DNA of 64,000 bases, from the NCBI GenBank assembly GCA_023205875.1, contig CP060768.1:310001-374000 (forward strand), in the 5' to 3' direction. Position numbers and translations under genes: made by a program. A model generated the notes under the pieces. That model saw only the letters and a list, made by a program, of their open reading frames with translations, ran no database searches and was not told the DNA's origin. Origin of the DNA: Chloropicon primus. Taxonomy: Eukaryota. This document shows, one piece after another, positions 1 through 11,439 of this stretch; within the stretch, counting starts at the first letter, position 1; each line of letters begins with the position of its first letter.

Positions 1-1875
1 CACGAGACTCTGACCGTCTTGGACGCTTCTCACAACCACATCACCCACCTGTCGTCCCAAGCGAACCTTCCAAGCCTGAAGGTCCTTTGCCTGGCCTTCA
101 ATGACCTGAAGAAGCTCCCTGGCGACCTGGCTCGGAAAGCTCAGGGGATGGAGGTACTTTACCTGTCAGGGAATGACCTCTCTTCCCTTCCCGAGACCTT
201 TAGCGAGCTGAGGGTGAAGGATCTTTACGTCAGCGAGAACAAGTTCGCGTCGGTGCCAACTCAAATCCTGGACATGACCCAGATCACCAAGCTGTCCCTG
301 TCTTGCAATGCGCTGAGCTTCATACCACCCCAGATGGCGAATCTCGTGAACTTGCAGTTCCTCGACATTAGTTTCAACAACATCAAGGAGCTGCCCAAGC
401 AGTTTGGAGAGCTGCCGAACTTGGAGAGGCTCAACGCGGGCTTCAACCCCCTGGGTCCTGAGCTTCCCGCGTGCCTGTCGACGCTTCCCAAGCTAGCGGA
501 GCTGAACCTGGACTTCTCGGACATTCAGACGATTCCTCTGGAGTTCGGGGAGATGGCCGCGCTGCAGGAGATCCAGCTCGAGGGGAACAACCTCGAGCAT
601 CCATTTGACGTGATTTACAAGAAGTCGCCCCTTCTGCTGGTCAGCCTCTTCGACACGGAGACAGAGAGCTTGGATCTCTCTAACTGCGGCATGGAGGAGA
701 TCCCGAGCGAGATTGGCAGGCTGCAAAGGCTGTACAGCCTCGACCTCAGCGACAACAACATCACAACCGTTCCTTTTGCGATCGGGCAACTGTACAACCT
801 CGTCACGTTTAGCCTGGAGGGCAACCCCCTGAAAGCGCCTTTCAACCAGGTGAGGCGGCAGCCTTATGGGGACTTGGCCATCGTGGCATTCCTGGACACC
901 CAGGCCGTTGAGCTTGATCTCACCGGTTGCTCTTTCATGGAGCTGCCAGAGTCGATGCAGCGGCACTCGAGGGAACTTGAGAGTCTGAACCTGAGTGACA
1001 ACATTCTGCACGAGCTTCCTGACTACTTCACGAGCTTCCAGAACCTCACCAGCCTCGTGCTGGACAACAACAGGTTCCAGGAGTTCCCCGAGGAAGTCTG
1101 CTTGCTCCGGAACCTGGAGGTGCTGAGCATCTCGAAGACTGAGATTTCAGAAATTTCGCCCTCCATCGTGGAGCTGGAGAAGCTCGAGAAGCTGGCCTTG
1201 GACAGCAACGACATTCGCGAGGTTCCAAAGTGCCTCGTTCTGATGAAGACCCTCGAAGTCTTGCAGCTCTCCAACAACAAGATCCAGGAGTTGCCCCTTT
1301 CCATCGGCAACCTCACCAACCTTCACGTGCTGGACGTCTCTTGCAACGACATCCCAACGCTCCCGCCCTCGCTTGGGGACATGTCCAAGCTCGAGGTGCT
1401 TGATGCCAAGATAAACCAGCTCAAGGTCGTGCCGGAGGAGATCGGGGAGTGCGACAATTTGAAGCACCTGAACCTGTCGAACAACGTCCTCGTCGCCCTT
1501 CCCCAGAGGCTTGGGAGGCTCAAGGACCTGGTGGCCCTGAAGCTGGCGGCGAACCAGCTCCGAAAGCTGCCTTACGAGATGTTGGACCTCGAGTTCCTGG
1601 AGGAGGTGCAGCTGTACGGCAACCCGCTTCCCAACGTGCCGTCGGCGCTCAACGTGAAGGGCACGGAGAACAGCCGTTTCCTTATGCAGAGTCTGCAGAA
1701 AATTCTCTACCCCAGCGGAGACCCGGACGCGGTGGCCGCGGGAGGCTCGAACGCGTCCAAGATGCTTCAGAACGTCGGCAACCTCACCGGGACCCTCAAC
1801 GGCTCCCCAAAAGCCAGGCGGACTCTCGACATGGACGCCGCGATGGAGGGATCGCCCGCTGCGACGCCATCCTAA
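1..1875 (+). CDS. Leucine-rich repeat protein, 5'-truncated by the window edge
   Basis: The frame is open from base 1 to TAA at 1875 (the track's start at 19 is a TTG). More than 20 LxxLxLxxNxL repeats with ~23-aa period. Confidence 0.9.
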   Translation, partial: HETLTVLDASHNHITHLSSQANLPSLKVLCLAFNDLKKLPGDLARKAQGMEVLYLSGNDLSSLPETFSELRVKDLYVSENKFASVPTQILDMTQITKLSLSCNALSFIPPQMANLVNLQFLDISFNNIKELPKQFGELPNLERLNAGFNPLGPELPACLSTLPKLAELNLDFSDIQTIPLEFGEMAALQEIQLEGNNLEHPFDVIYKKSPLLLVSLFDTETESLDLSNCGMEEIPSEIGRLQRLYSLDLSDNNITTVPFAIGQLYNLVTFSLEGNPLKAPFNQVRRQPYGDLAIVAFLDTQAVELDLTGCSFMELPESMQRHSRELESLNLSDNILHELPDYFTSFQNLTSLVLDNNRFQEFPEEVCLLRNLEVLSISKTEISEISPSIVELEKLEKLALDSNDIREVPKCLVLMKTLEVLQLSNNKIQELPLSIGNLTNLHVLDVSCNDIPTLPPSLGDMSKLEVLDAKINQLKVVPEEIGECDNLKHLNLSNNVLVALPQRLGRLKDLVALKLAANQLRKLPYEMLDLEFLEEVQLYGNPLPNVPSALNVKGTENSRFLMQSLQKILYPSGDPDAVAAGGSNASKMLQNVGNLTGTLNGSPKARRTLDMDAAMEGSPAATPS

Positions 1876-2678
1876 CAGCAGAAGAGCCCAATCCCATTGA
1901 TCCAATAAAATCGTTACTACTAGACTGTCACATTATGATGGGGAGAGCCCTGGGATGCGCTGGAGTGCCCGGGTCCATGAACTGGGAATATTCCCAGAAG
2001 AATACACAAGAAGAGACTCGAGACTCGAGACTCGAGCCCCTTCCACAAACCTTACCGCCTATGTTCCTTAACCAAAGACGAGAAGACTTGGATTTTTTTT
2101 AGGGACTCTCGAGGGACTCTCCTATCCTTCCCCCTAGATCGATGAAATCAACTTGATCAACTTCCCGTCTTGTTCTTGTCAACCACGTGATTGCAACAAT
2201 TGTACGTAGTACTTTACAACGTAGTAATCCACGGAAGAAAGAACTCGTGACTCGATCGATGGAATGAGTTCGAGTTGATTGTGTCTGTCTGGAGATCGGA
2301 GACCTCGACCGAAACCACCGAAATGAATTTTGGACGGTTTGCCTTTGGACTGTTGGGCGGAAACATCCTGGCCCATGTCGATGGTAGGTGTGTCTCCCCG
2401 TCGATGGAGCTTGTGCCTCCTCCAAAGATAACTTTCAACCGAGTGGGCTCCCTCTTGAATCCAAGGTCACACCAAGGGGCACAAGATGTGGACGACGTCT
2501 TTGAACCTGAGAGTGAGACATCCGGTTCCTCAGGGGATCCCCGGCAGCAGGACCTCAAGGTGAGAGACACACCAAGGGGAGAAACGCACCAAGCCGGCTG
2601 CGGAGAACTAGAACACCTCAGCCAGAGTGCTTAGATTACATCATCATCATTCTCTCAGGCGCGCGGAAGTGAACCAGG

Positions 2679-3752
2679 ATGAGTGACCAGTACCCCCAGA
2701 ATCAACAGATGCCTGGAAGCTCTTATGGATTCCCGCAGTATCCTGGTGGGATCTACGCCGCGAATCAGATGGGCAATCCACTGGGCTACCAGACGCACCA
2801 GGCGGTTATCGGCGGGACAGAGATGATGCAGGCCATGGGATTCCAGCCCATGCCGGGCCTGATGCCACCCCCCCTTCATGGGGTGAGAAGGGGGCTGGAT
2901 CCTATCAACCAGGACGTCCAGACTGGTGCTAGGATGGGGAAGACTGGGAAGACTTCAGCTGGGGACACAAGGGGGGCGAAGAAGAAGACGCCCAAGAAGA
3001 AACCCAAGAAGAAGGTGAGTACGAGAGATTTCCAGCAGATGAGATTGATTGCCTGAGGCCACAAGTTTGTCTGACACTCTGCCAACCTGCTTGTGGCCCA
3101 CAAGCCAAAGAAAAAGCCCAAGAAGAAACCCAAGAAGAAGGATGTGCAAAAGAAGAAGAAGAAGGAGGAGGAGGTGAAGCCCAAGGCCAAGATCACGAAG
3201 AGTGGCAGGAAGAAGCGAGAGAGGGACCCACTCGCGCCAAAGAGAGCCAGGACCGCCTTCAATTTCTTTATGGATGACTTCCGAGTCCAGTTCAAGCTCG
3301 AGAACCCAGAGACGAAGGGGATCGTGGAGACGACCAAGGCAGGATCAGCGGCCTGGAAAGCTCTTGGGGGGGAGAAGAGGAAGGCGTACGAGAACAGGGC
3401 CGACGTATCGCAGAGGGAATATGCCGAGGCGAAGAAGTTATACGTGGAGAGCGGCGGGCCGACCAAATTCAAGTACATCAAGGGTCCTCACAGGCCACTC
3501 ACCGCCTACTTCATCTTTCTGCACAATTTTAGGAAGGAGTACATCCGGACTCACCCTGAGAGGAAGGACGTTTCCGAGCTCAGCAAAGACGCGGGGGAGA
3601 AGTGGAGAAACCTGTCACCGGGAGAGAGGCTAATCTTTGAGGAGAAGGGCAAGGCGGTCAAGGAGGAGTATTACAAGATCAAGGGCATGACTACCGAGGA
3701 GAGGGTCGCTTACTTGGAGGTCGACAACGATCCCTACAACAAATTTTTTTAA
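2679..3752 (+). CDS. Double HMG-box protein with a Lys-rich linker; exons 2679-3014 and 3105-3752
   Basis: HMG motifs PKRARTAFNFF and PHRPLTAYFIF...GEKW. Intron GTGAGT(3015)...CTGAC...CAAG(3104), phase 0, joins the two ORFs in frame. Confidence 0.85.
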
Positions 3753-3951
3753 TCTTTTTTCTTTTTCTTTGTCGGCCTTTTGGGAGGTCAAACTTCCAAC
3801 TTACGCTTGAATGAACGGCGGGAGGAGAGCGCGGACACCGACGACGGCGGGAGCGGCCATCGTCTGCAAGAAAACTTTTTGCTCATGAAATTTTCTGTAA
3901 TATAAGTTATAGTACAGCAAAGGAAGAATGAATCGCGGGATGACGATTCAT

Positions 3952-5533
3952 TCACGCGCTCTTCTTCTTTTTCGAGGGCGGGCTGATCACCCCTGCCTTT
4001 TTATCCACCTCCCAGCCTTCCTTGATCAGCTTGTGGTAGGTTCCCTTTCCGATCTTTATCAACCGGCTCGTTTCCTCGTTCAGGAGCAGGCCCTGGCTCA
4101 CGCAGTGGGCAACCTGGGAAGTGTCGCTGCTCGACGAAGAAGGACTCGCCTTCGGCTTGATCGGCGTCATCACCTCTGACAGCCGCTTGTTTCTCTTCTC
4201 CGGGGAGAGGGTGGCCTTGAAAGGAGAAAAGGCCTTTCTGCCCTCCTTCCCCCTCTGCGACGACGGAGGTGTTCTCACCTTTCTCGCTTGCCTGCTAACG
4301 CCTGCCTTGTCCACAGGCCTTTCGCCCCTTGCCCCGAATAAGGTCATGGCGACCACGTCGATGCTCAAGATCTGCAGCGAGAACGCAACGAGTATCGTGA
4401 CCCCCGTCATCACGAGGGATTGCGAATGGGAATAGATCAGCAGCGTGCCCACGCCCTGGAAGCTCGTGGAAATAATTGACGTGGCTTTGCTCGAAGAGAA
4501 CGAGGAGTCAAAGTAGTAAGACACCGCGGCCCCCCCGCACGCAGAAACGAGGCAGTAGACTACCGCAGCCTGCTGCATCCTCTCGGCATTCAGAAACGAC
4601 CTCCACCAGCTCTGATTCATTGCCGCGAGTGCCAGGAACACGGAGGACCCCAGCGTGACCCGTGGCCTCTTGGTGCAGTAATAAATAGCAAGGACCAGGG
4701 CGAACACCATGGCGAAGATCGCACCCAGGCCGATCCTGAAGGGGAGGGATCTGCTCAACATCGGCGCCAGCGTGATCAGAGCAAACCCAAACAAGCAAGC
4801 CGAGACCCGAAAGATAGAAAGGTTCTCTTCCACCGTCACTACGCACTGGGCCTGCGCCCTTCCAGAGACCGCGACTGTGGAGTTGTACCCCCTGTAGGGT
4901 GAAATTGGTATGAAGCAGCTGAGCTCTTGAGGCTTCTCTTGGTCCGAAGGACCCTTCCCTTGAGAACCGAAAGCCAAAAGCTTCAAGGTGTCGAGAAGAG
5001 GCGAGCGGTTACACAGCTCCGTGCCCTTGAGGGCCACCACGAGCCTCCTCGAGGAGAAGAAAGATCGAGCATGCTTCGTCCGGCAGTCTCCGGACTCCGC
5101 TGCCTTCAATGCAGAAGAAAGGGAAGAGAGGATCGGTCAGGTCAGCACAACGGAGCAGTGTCCATCACAGCACAAAATGGCTGGGAGGAGGAGGGAAAAG
5201 CAAAAAGGAAGGAAGCCGACGGCACGGCACTTCACTTACGTCAACCCCGCTGCTGACACAAAAGTTGAAGGAGCTTCCCTCGTCTGACCGGCACGTCGCG
5301 ACCGCGTACACGTCCGACAAGGAGAGCGTGACCCAATACAGCTTCGCCAACAATGGTGGAGTATACTCCGCTCGGGAGACGTGAGAGTGAAGCGTGGGCA
5401 GAGGCTCCACGAGAGGCTGCCGTGAGGTCACCTGGACACTGTCTTCCTCCCGTAACGCATGCTGACCCGCCTCGACGCCGTGAAGCCACGCGGAGGACGC
5501 AAGAAGGGCAACGAGCACCGCAGTGGCCGCCAT
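3952..5533 (-). CDS. NEMP/TMEM194-like nuclear envelope membrane protein; exons 5533-5240 and 5103-3952
   Basis: Signal peptide MAATAVLVALL, a lumenal domain, then several TM helices including LAPMLSRSLPF (NEMP-like), and a basic S/P-rich tail ending KKKKSA. GTAAGT donor at 5239 and in-frame AAG acceptor at 5104. Confidence 0.6.
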
Positions 5534-5865
5534 GGCGATCAGCTGCTGCTGGTTTCTTTCAAAAACCTCCGGAAAAATCCGAGGGGAAAATCTTGAGGGG
5601 GTGAGCCCTGGAGAGACGGTGGATGCCACATAAGGAGACGATGGATGCCATCCGTTTCCGGAAGTGGCAAGTGTGTCATCGTCCACATTGTTGTCCCCTC
5701 GGCCTCCCTTGGGCACAACACCACTCTGATCCGGTCATGGATTCGTTGTGTGGAGGTAGAGAGAGAGAGAGAAGCTTGTCTTGTGATGGATGGATTACAA
5801 ATAGTTTACTATACGAGAAATGGCGGGTTGAGTTAGTGCTACACGCGGCCAGCCGCCGCCATGCC

Positions 5866-7524
5866 CTAAGCGTTCCTCGATTTCGCTTCCTTGATGAAAG
5901 TTCTCATGTCGTTGTAGTGGTCCAGCTTCACGGCGAGTCTCATGTTCTCGTCGTTGGACCAAAGCAACTTCCCCCTCTCCTTGGCGTGCCCCAGCGATTC
6001 CAAGTAGAGCTCCTTTGACTCGAACTTGTCGTAAAAAGCGCAAGGAGTCATGGCCAACCTCTTTGTCTCGGCCTCCCACAGCCTGACGCTGTCGGCGATT
6101 GTCTCTGGCACGACAGGAGTTTTAGCTCGTATCCGGTACGTCTGCGGGTGAGCGTTCCTTCTCAAGTAGTCCACGATCAGCTCAGCGCCGATCCCGGCCT
6201 CGAAGGCGGCGTTGCAGCTCTCCCTGCTGAGCCTGCCCACGTAGAGGTTCGGAAGAACGTACTCTTCGAGGCAAAAGAGCTCAAGAATTGCTCGCTTTAG
6301 TGGGGAGGTGGTGTAAGCGTACACTCGGTAATTCGTCTCTACGATGATGCCCTCCTCCCCTCCCGAGCTGCTCGCCGGGCCGCCACCGCCGCCGAGAGCC
6401 TCCCCGCCGAACACGTCCTCCTCCTGCTTCTGGCAAAGCAGCTTGGAGAGGTGGGTGGGCAGGACCCACAAGTCGCCAGCTTTCGACTCTGGATTTTTGA
6501 AGAGATACAGAAGACCCAGCTTGGCCAACGCAAAAGCGACCTCCGACGTCATCGCGTCGCCCTTCGCGGACTCGCCGGACAGCGAAGAGAGCTCGCAGGT
6601 CTTTCCCTCCTCGCAGAACCCCAACTGCAGCAGAAAACTCACCGCGGCTGCACCTTTCTCCCCATTCAAGTCGTATTGCATCTGCAGAAACTCGTCCACG
6701 ATGGTCCAAATCTGCTCAGCTGGAGGCCTAAGGAGGAACTGAAAGCCCTCCCTGGTCGTGCTCCGCCCCTGTACCTTGCCGTCCCCCACCATTTCGACGT
6801 CCCCGTCCTCGTTGCTGCCCTTTCCCCGCGCCCCGCGTTCCAGCAACTTCAATCGGGTCAGCACCATCTCCAGGTCCAGGGCCTTGTCCCCGCCCTCCGC
6901 ATCGATTTCCATCGCCAGCATCCCCGAACTTCTCCTGTTGCTGCTGTAATTCTCGAGGTCCTCCCCTTCTCCCCCAGCAAGAAACAGCAGCAGGGAGTCC
7001 CAACACGCTTGCGAGTGCGCGTGCAGCTCCTCCCTGGTGGGCAAGATGGATCTCATGGCTTGGGTAGGTTCCGTCCACACGCTCCTTATCCCTTGCTGGA
7101 GAATCACTTGAACCTTAGCCATAAAGGATTCGTTCATCTTGTACGTGGCCTGGCGCACCGCATTGCTCTTCGCCGTGGTCTTCCTAAACTTGTTGCTTTG
7201 GGTGTGCTGGTGTGGTGGCTCCTCATCAACCTTCTTCCAAATGCCAAGGGCAAGAAGAGTTTCCACCGCAACCTTGTGCCTCTTCAGTCCGTCCTTGCTC
7301 TCTGGAGCGATCCACCCGTCCAACATCGCCTCGCTCGCCTCGCCCGAGAAGCATATTCTCAAACAATACTGCTTAGCCAAGGGAGGCAGGGTTTGCAGAA
7401 TCACTTGACAGGAACCTTCCGAGTCGAGGACGCGGTCCCTTGTGACCGCCGGAAGCTTCAGCAAGTGGGACGAGATGAAGCTGCTCGACGAGGACAAGGA
7501 CGACGACGACGGATCCAAAGTCAT
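5866..7524 (-). CDS. TFB2: TFIIH subunit p52/Tfb2
   Basis: Motifs LPPLAKQY, TREGFQFLL, IIVETNYRVYAYTTS, LPNLYVGRLSRES, PETIADSVRLWE. Likely ATG at 7524. Confidence 0.93.
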   Translation of the reverse strand: MTLDPSSSSLSSSSSFISSHLLKLPAVTRDRVLDSEGSCQVILQTLPPLAKQYCLRICFSGEASEAMLDGWIAPESKDGLKRHKVAVETLLALGIWKKVDEEPPHQHTQSNKFRKTTAKSNAVRQATYKMNESFMAKVQVILQQGIRSVWTEPTQAMRSILPTREELHAHSQACWDSLLLFLAGGEGEDLENYSSNRRSSGMLAMEIDAEGGDKALDLEMVLTRLKLLERGARGKGSNEDGDVEMVGDGKVQGRSTTREGFQFLLRPPAEQIWTIVDEFLQMQYDLNGEKGAAAVSFLLQLGFCEEGKTCELSSLSGESAKGDAMTSEVAFALAKLGLLYLFKNPESKAGDLWVLPTHLSKLLCQKQEEDVFGGEALGGGGGPASSSGGEEGIIVETNYRVYAYTTSPLKRAILELFCLEEYVLPNLYVGRLSRESCNAAFEAGIGAELIVDYLRRNAHPQTYRIRAKTPVVPETIADSVRLWEAETKRLAMTPCAFYDKFESKELYLESLGHAKERGKLLWSNDENMRLAVKLDHYNDMRTFIKEAKSRNA

Positions 7525-7951
7525 GCCTCTCCCGCGTCGCCGAGTCAAGGTCAAGGTCAAGGTCCTGTCCTCCTCTCTCCGACGCCTTCCTGCTCTTCTC
7601 CTCTGCAGAAGCAGAAAAGAAAACTCCAGAATCGAGGAGGGAGAGAGAGAGGTGATGATGATTTGATGGCAGGGATCCTCGTGGGGGCGAAGGATGTTCC
7701 TGGGATGTCCTCCTCGTTCCACCCTGTCTCTCTCTGTGTCTCTCTATCTATCTATCTCTCTGGGCCTTTCCATCCTTGGAAGAGGACACGCCGAACAAGG
7801 AATAGAGATACACTTTGTTGATGGCCAACGTTGGCGTGCTTAAGTGACTGGCTGGAAGTCTGCAATTAATTTAATTGTTGTTTTGTTCAACCCCTTTGGC
7901 GCACCGCTGCTTCGGAAGGAGAAGGGAAGAGTGGCTCTGCGTGTTACTCGA

Positions 7952-8674
7952 CTACTGTGCGATCTTCCTCTCTTCCCTTGCTTTTGTGACCGGACATAAC
8001 ATTTCTGTCGGACTGACTTGCACCATGGTCTCGCCCTGCTCAGACTTCGCGTGCAAGACTCCCAGGTGGTCCTTTGCAGTCGACAGCAGCAAGGATTGTG
8101 ACTCTCCCAATGAAATGACCTCGGCTCGAACGATGTCCCCTGGACGAAAAGAGGAAAGTATGGAAACCTGCCGAGCACGAGCAGCACCAGGAGCAACGCG
8201 GCGGGTCAGTTTAACACAGAATCCACGAATCGATCGATCGAGGCGAGAGCCTGCGCGGCGGAAGCGAAAGCCGAGCGACCAGCACCTTCACTTACCTTGT
8301 CGATCTCCGTTGCCCTTACGTCTTGCACTCTGATAATACCCAAAAACTCCTTGATGAGGGGACTGTTGCCCTTGCAACTGATATCGCAAGAAGCGTACCG
8401 AGGATTCAACCGCTTGACGCGGCAAAGGACCTCGTCCCCGATCGACAAGGCGCCCACGCTCTCCTCCCCTTGCCCTGGTTTGGAACCCTCGGCACGAATA
8501 CTCACAACAGGAAGCCTTTTCCCGCTACCCCAAAACCACAAGCAATCGCAAACGCAAAGGTTTCAGTCCTCGTCCTTGTTCGACACCTCGATCACTCAAA
8601 CCGAAAGGGCTATCCTTCCATCTGCCAACACCACTGGCTGCATCTCCGCACCTCAACTTACCTGGCTTCACCCA

Positions 8675-8706
<32 letters not shown>

Positions 8707-8882
8707 CCAGGATCGAGACCAAAGTCCAGTTTCGAAGGTTGTTCACAAACGAGCTTACCGAGCGTCGACGCTATGACGTAACCCTTGTACACGTGAGTGT
8801 TCGCGCCCGATACGCAGTCCTCGTTGTCCCGCCCGAGCTTGTCGCCAGGGCAGACCACCTCGGACTCCGCCACGAGAACCAT
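7952..8882 (-). CDS. CSL4: Exosome component CSL4/EXOSC1, multi-exon (internal boundaries near 8.5-8.76 kb uncertain)
   Basis: Exons read VVCPGDKLG..., IGDEVLCRVKRLNPRYA...GIIRVQDVRATEIDK, and SFRPGDIVRAEVISLG...MLCPVTKAREERKIAQ*. Confidence 0.88.
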
Positions 8883-9238
8883 CTTGCTTGGGCGACTACT
8901 CGGTCGCCGGTTCGTAGAGCAAGAGGGTCTGTCGAAAGCTGGAGGGATGAAGAACAGAGATGGACGCACGCTTCGTGTGATGTGAGTTCCTCGACCCCCT
9001 TTGGCTTGTCCTCCTCCTCGCCGTCGTTCACTCTCCCTGGCAACACGTTCCCTCCTCTCGATCGAGGACGCCTGGCGCTGGAGCTGGAGTGCTTTGCTTT
9101 GCTGAGAGGAGGGGAGGGAGGGAGGGCGTGGGGAAGGCGAGGAGGGAGGGAGGACGGAGAGAGAGAATTGCTACAAAACAATTGAATTACAATAGTTTAG
9201 TTGAATAACAGAAATAGATCTATGCCCCAGGGCATGGA

Positions 9239-10295
9239 TTAAAGGAACTGCGCGTATGGGTTCTTGACGCCAACTGCAGCAACACGTTCCTCCGCTGAGA
9301 GCTCCTTCAGCTTGAGGTACTCGGCCTTGGCGAGCGCGGCTTTCTGCTCATAAGGTACCTTGTCCTGTGGGTCCAGCTCTCTCCACTTCTGCCCCGCGAG
9401 CTTGCTGATGTCCTTGATCGAGGTCGGCTCGGCTCCGGACGCCGCTCTGTCTTTCCTGAAGTTGGCCAAAAACACAAAGTAAGCGGTCGGTGGCCTTGGC
9501 GGCCCCTTGGCGAGCTTGAACTTCTGTGGACCACCGCTGGAGATGTAAGCCTCCTTAGCCTTGAGGTAAGCCTCCCTTGCGGCCGCGGCCTTCTCCTCGT
9601 ACGGCGTTCTCTCCGCGGGTAGGAGGGTCTTCCACTTTTCTGAACCGGCCTTTGTGCAGTGCACCACGCCCTTGACGTCGGGGTGAGTGATCTTGTATTC
9701 CTCCCTGAAAGCATCGAGGAAGAAGTTGAAGGCGGTCCTGGCTCTCTTTGGCGCGAGTGGGTCCCTCTCCTTCTTCTTCTTGCCGCTCTTCGTGAGCTTT
9801 GGCTTTGGCACCTTCTTCACGGGCTTCTTCTTCGCCGGCTTCTTCTTCTTCACCGGCTTCTTCTTCGCTGGCTTCTTCTTCGCTGCTTTCTTCTTTGCCG
9901 TTTCGGGGTCGCGTTGCGTCGGCGAAAAGGGGAAGCAAGCGCAGGAACGCGCAGGAGGAGGAAAGTGGGACGTGGGGGGCAACAAGTGGAACGTCGCGTC
10001 AGTGACCGGCACACAACACAACGCAACGCACTCGATCACACTCTCTCGATCAAGCTGGTCGGCGGAAAGAAGCTGATCAAAGCCTTACCTTCTTGGGACC
10101 CGTGCTCTTGGCTCCCTTCTTCGTCGACTTGGTCGCCTTCGTCACGGGCGCCGCCTGCGTGAACGCTGGCGTCGGCATCACCGGGTTCATCGGCATGGTC
10201 GTCTGGGTCTGTGGCATGTACATACCCGTCTGCCCAGGCATCCCGAACCCGTACGGTGGGAACGCGCTGTAGCCCATGGGAAAGTGTTCCGCCAT
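9239..10295 (-). CDS. Double HMG-box protein, paralog of 2679-3752; intron from 10088 to about 9.89 kb
   Basis: ERDPLAPKRARTAFNFF is shared verbatim with the first gene; second box PPRPPTAYFVF. GTAAGG donor at 10088. Confidence 0.85.
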
Positions 10296-10962
10296 CTTCT
10301 TGCTGCTCTGCTTTGCTGCTGCTGAACCCCTCCTCCTCTCGTCGAGCGCCTTCGACCCAAGCACCGCCAACCGAAACGCCAGAGCAAGAAGGAAGAGCAA
10401 CGAGACAAACGAGGGCAAGATCCATCACGACACACACAAACACACACACACAGAGGGAGAGAGAGAAAGCAGCATCACGACACACACAGAGAGAGAGAGA
10501 GAGAGTTTTGTCAGCTTCCTGGGCATCCCATGGCGAGGAGGGAGTGAAACAACGGAGGGCGAGGTTGAATCCTTTTCGTTCGACCGAGGGGTCAAACGAA
10601 AGAGGGAGAGAGGAGGAATCCCGTGGCCTTCATCCTCGCCATCCCTTCGACGTCGTCCTCCGAAGGCTTCGAACCGCGCGCTTACCCTGTTCTCTTTCGA
10701 CCACCGACCCTCGGTGTTCTGATCGTCGATCGACCCCTTCAAACTCGAGAAAGGAGGGAAAGGGCGTGAACTTTTCCGTAATCAATATTTAAAATTATAT
10801 TCTCTATAAGATGTCAATGTAAGGTTGTAGTTACACTTTATAAATATTTCTTGAAACGAATATATGTATTTCATATTTGAAATAAGGACAACATTTCCCG
10901 TGTAGTAAATGCGTCATTTTGGGGGGAGGACGAATTCAAAAAAAACGCCAAGGCTTTGGAGG

Positions 10963-11439
10963 TTTGTTGCTGATTGGCGTTCGATGGAAGGCTCGGTTCC
11001 CTTAGAAGGGATTAAGGATGGTCCGTCCCCTCCTTGACTTGTTCGAACGAAGACACGGAGCTGAAGGACAATTAACCTCTCTCTAAACCACACAAGATCC
11101 TTTCGCTCTCGCTCTCGCTCTCGTTCTCTCTCTTTGTTGCTGATTGGCGTTCGATGGAAGGCTCGGTTCCCTTGGAAGGGATTAAGGATGGTCCGTCCCC
11201 TCCTTGACTTGTTCGAACGAAGACACGGAGCTGAAGGACAATTAACCTCTCTCTAAACCACACAAGATCCTTTCGCTCTCGCTCTCGCTCTCGTTCTCTC
11301 TCTTTGTTGCTGATTGGCGTTCGATGGAAGGCTCGGTTCCCTTGGAAGGGATTAAGGATGGTCCGTCCCCTCCTTGACTTGTTCGAACGAAGACACGGAG
11401 CTGAAGGACAATTAACCTCTCTCTAAACCACACAAGATC
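10963..11439 (+). repeat. Tandem repeat, 170-bp unit, about 2.8 near-identical copies
   Basis: Units start at 10963, 11133 and 11303. One A/G difference seen in copy 1 (cttagaaggg vs cttggaaggg). Confidence 0.95.

Noticed and set aside
6451..7821. Long antisense ORFs (also 19049-20299, 33877-35070, 43141-44871)
   Set aside because: Shadows of real genes on the opposite strand in GC-rich DNA, with no recognisable motifs.
10963..11439. CRISPR-like array, or the repeated 63-aa minus-strand ORFs
   Set aside because: The units are identical with no unique spacers and no cas genes are present. The ORFs start at GTG and simply reflect the repeat.
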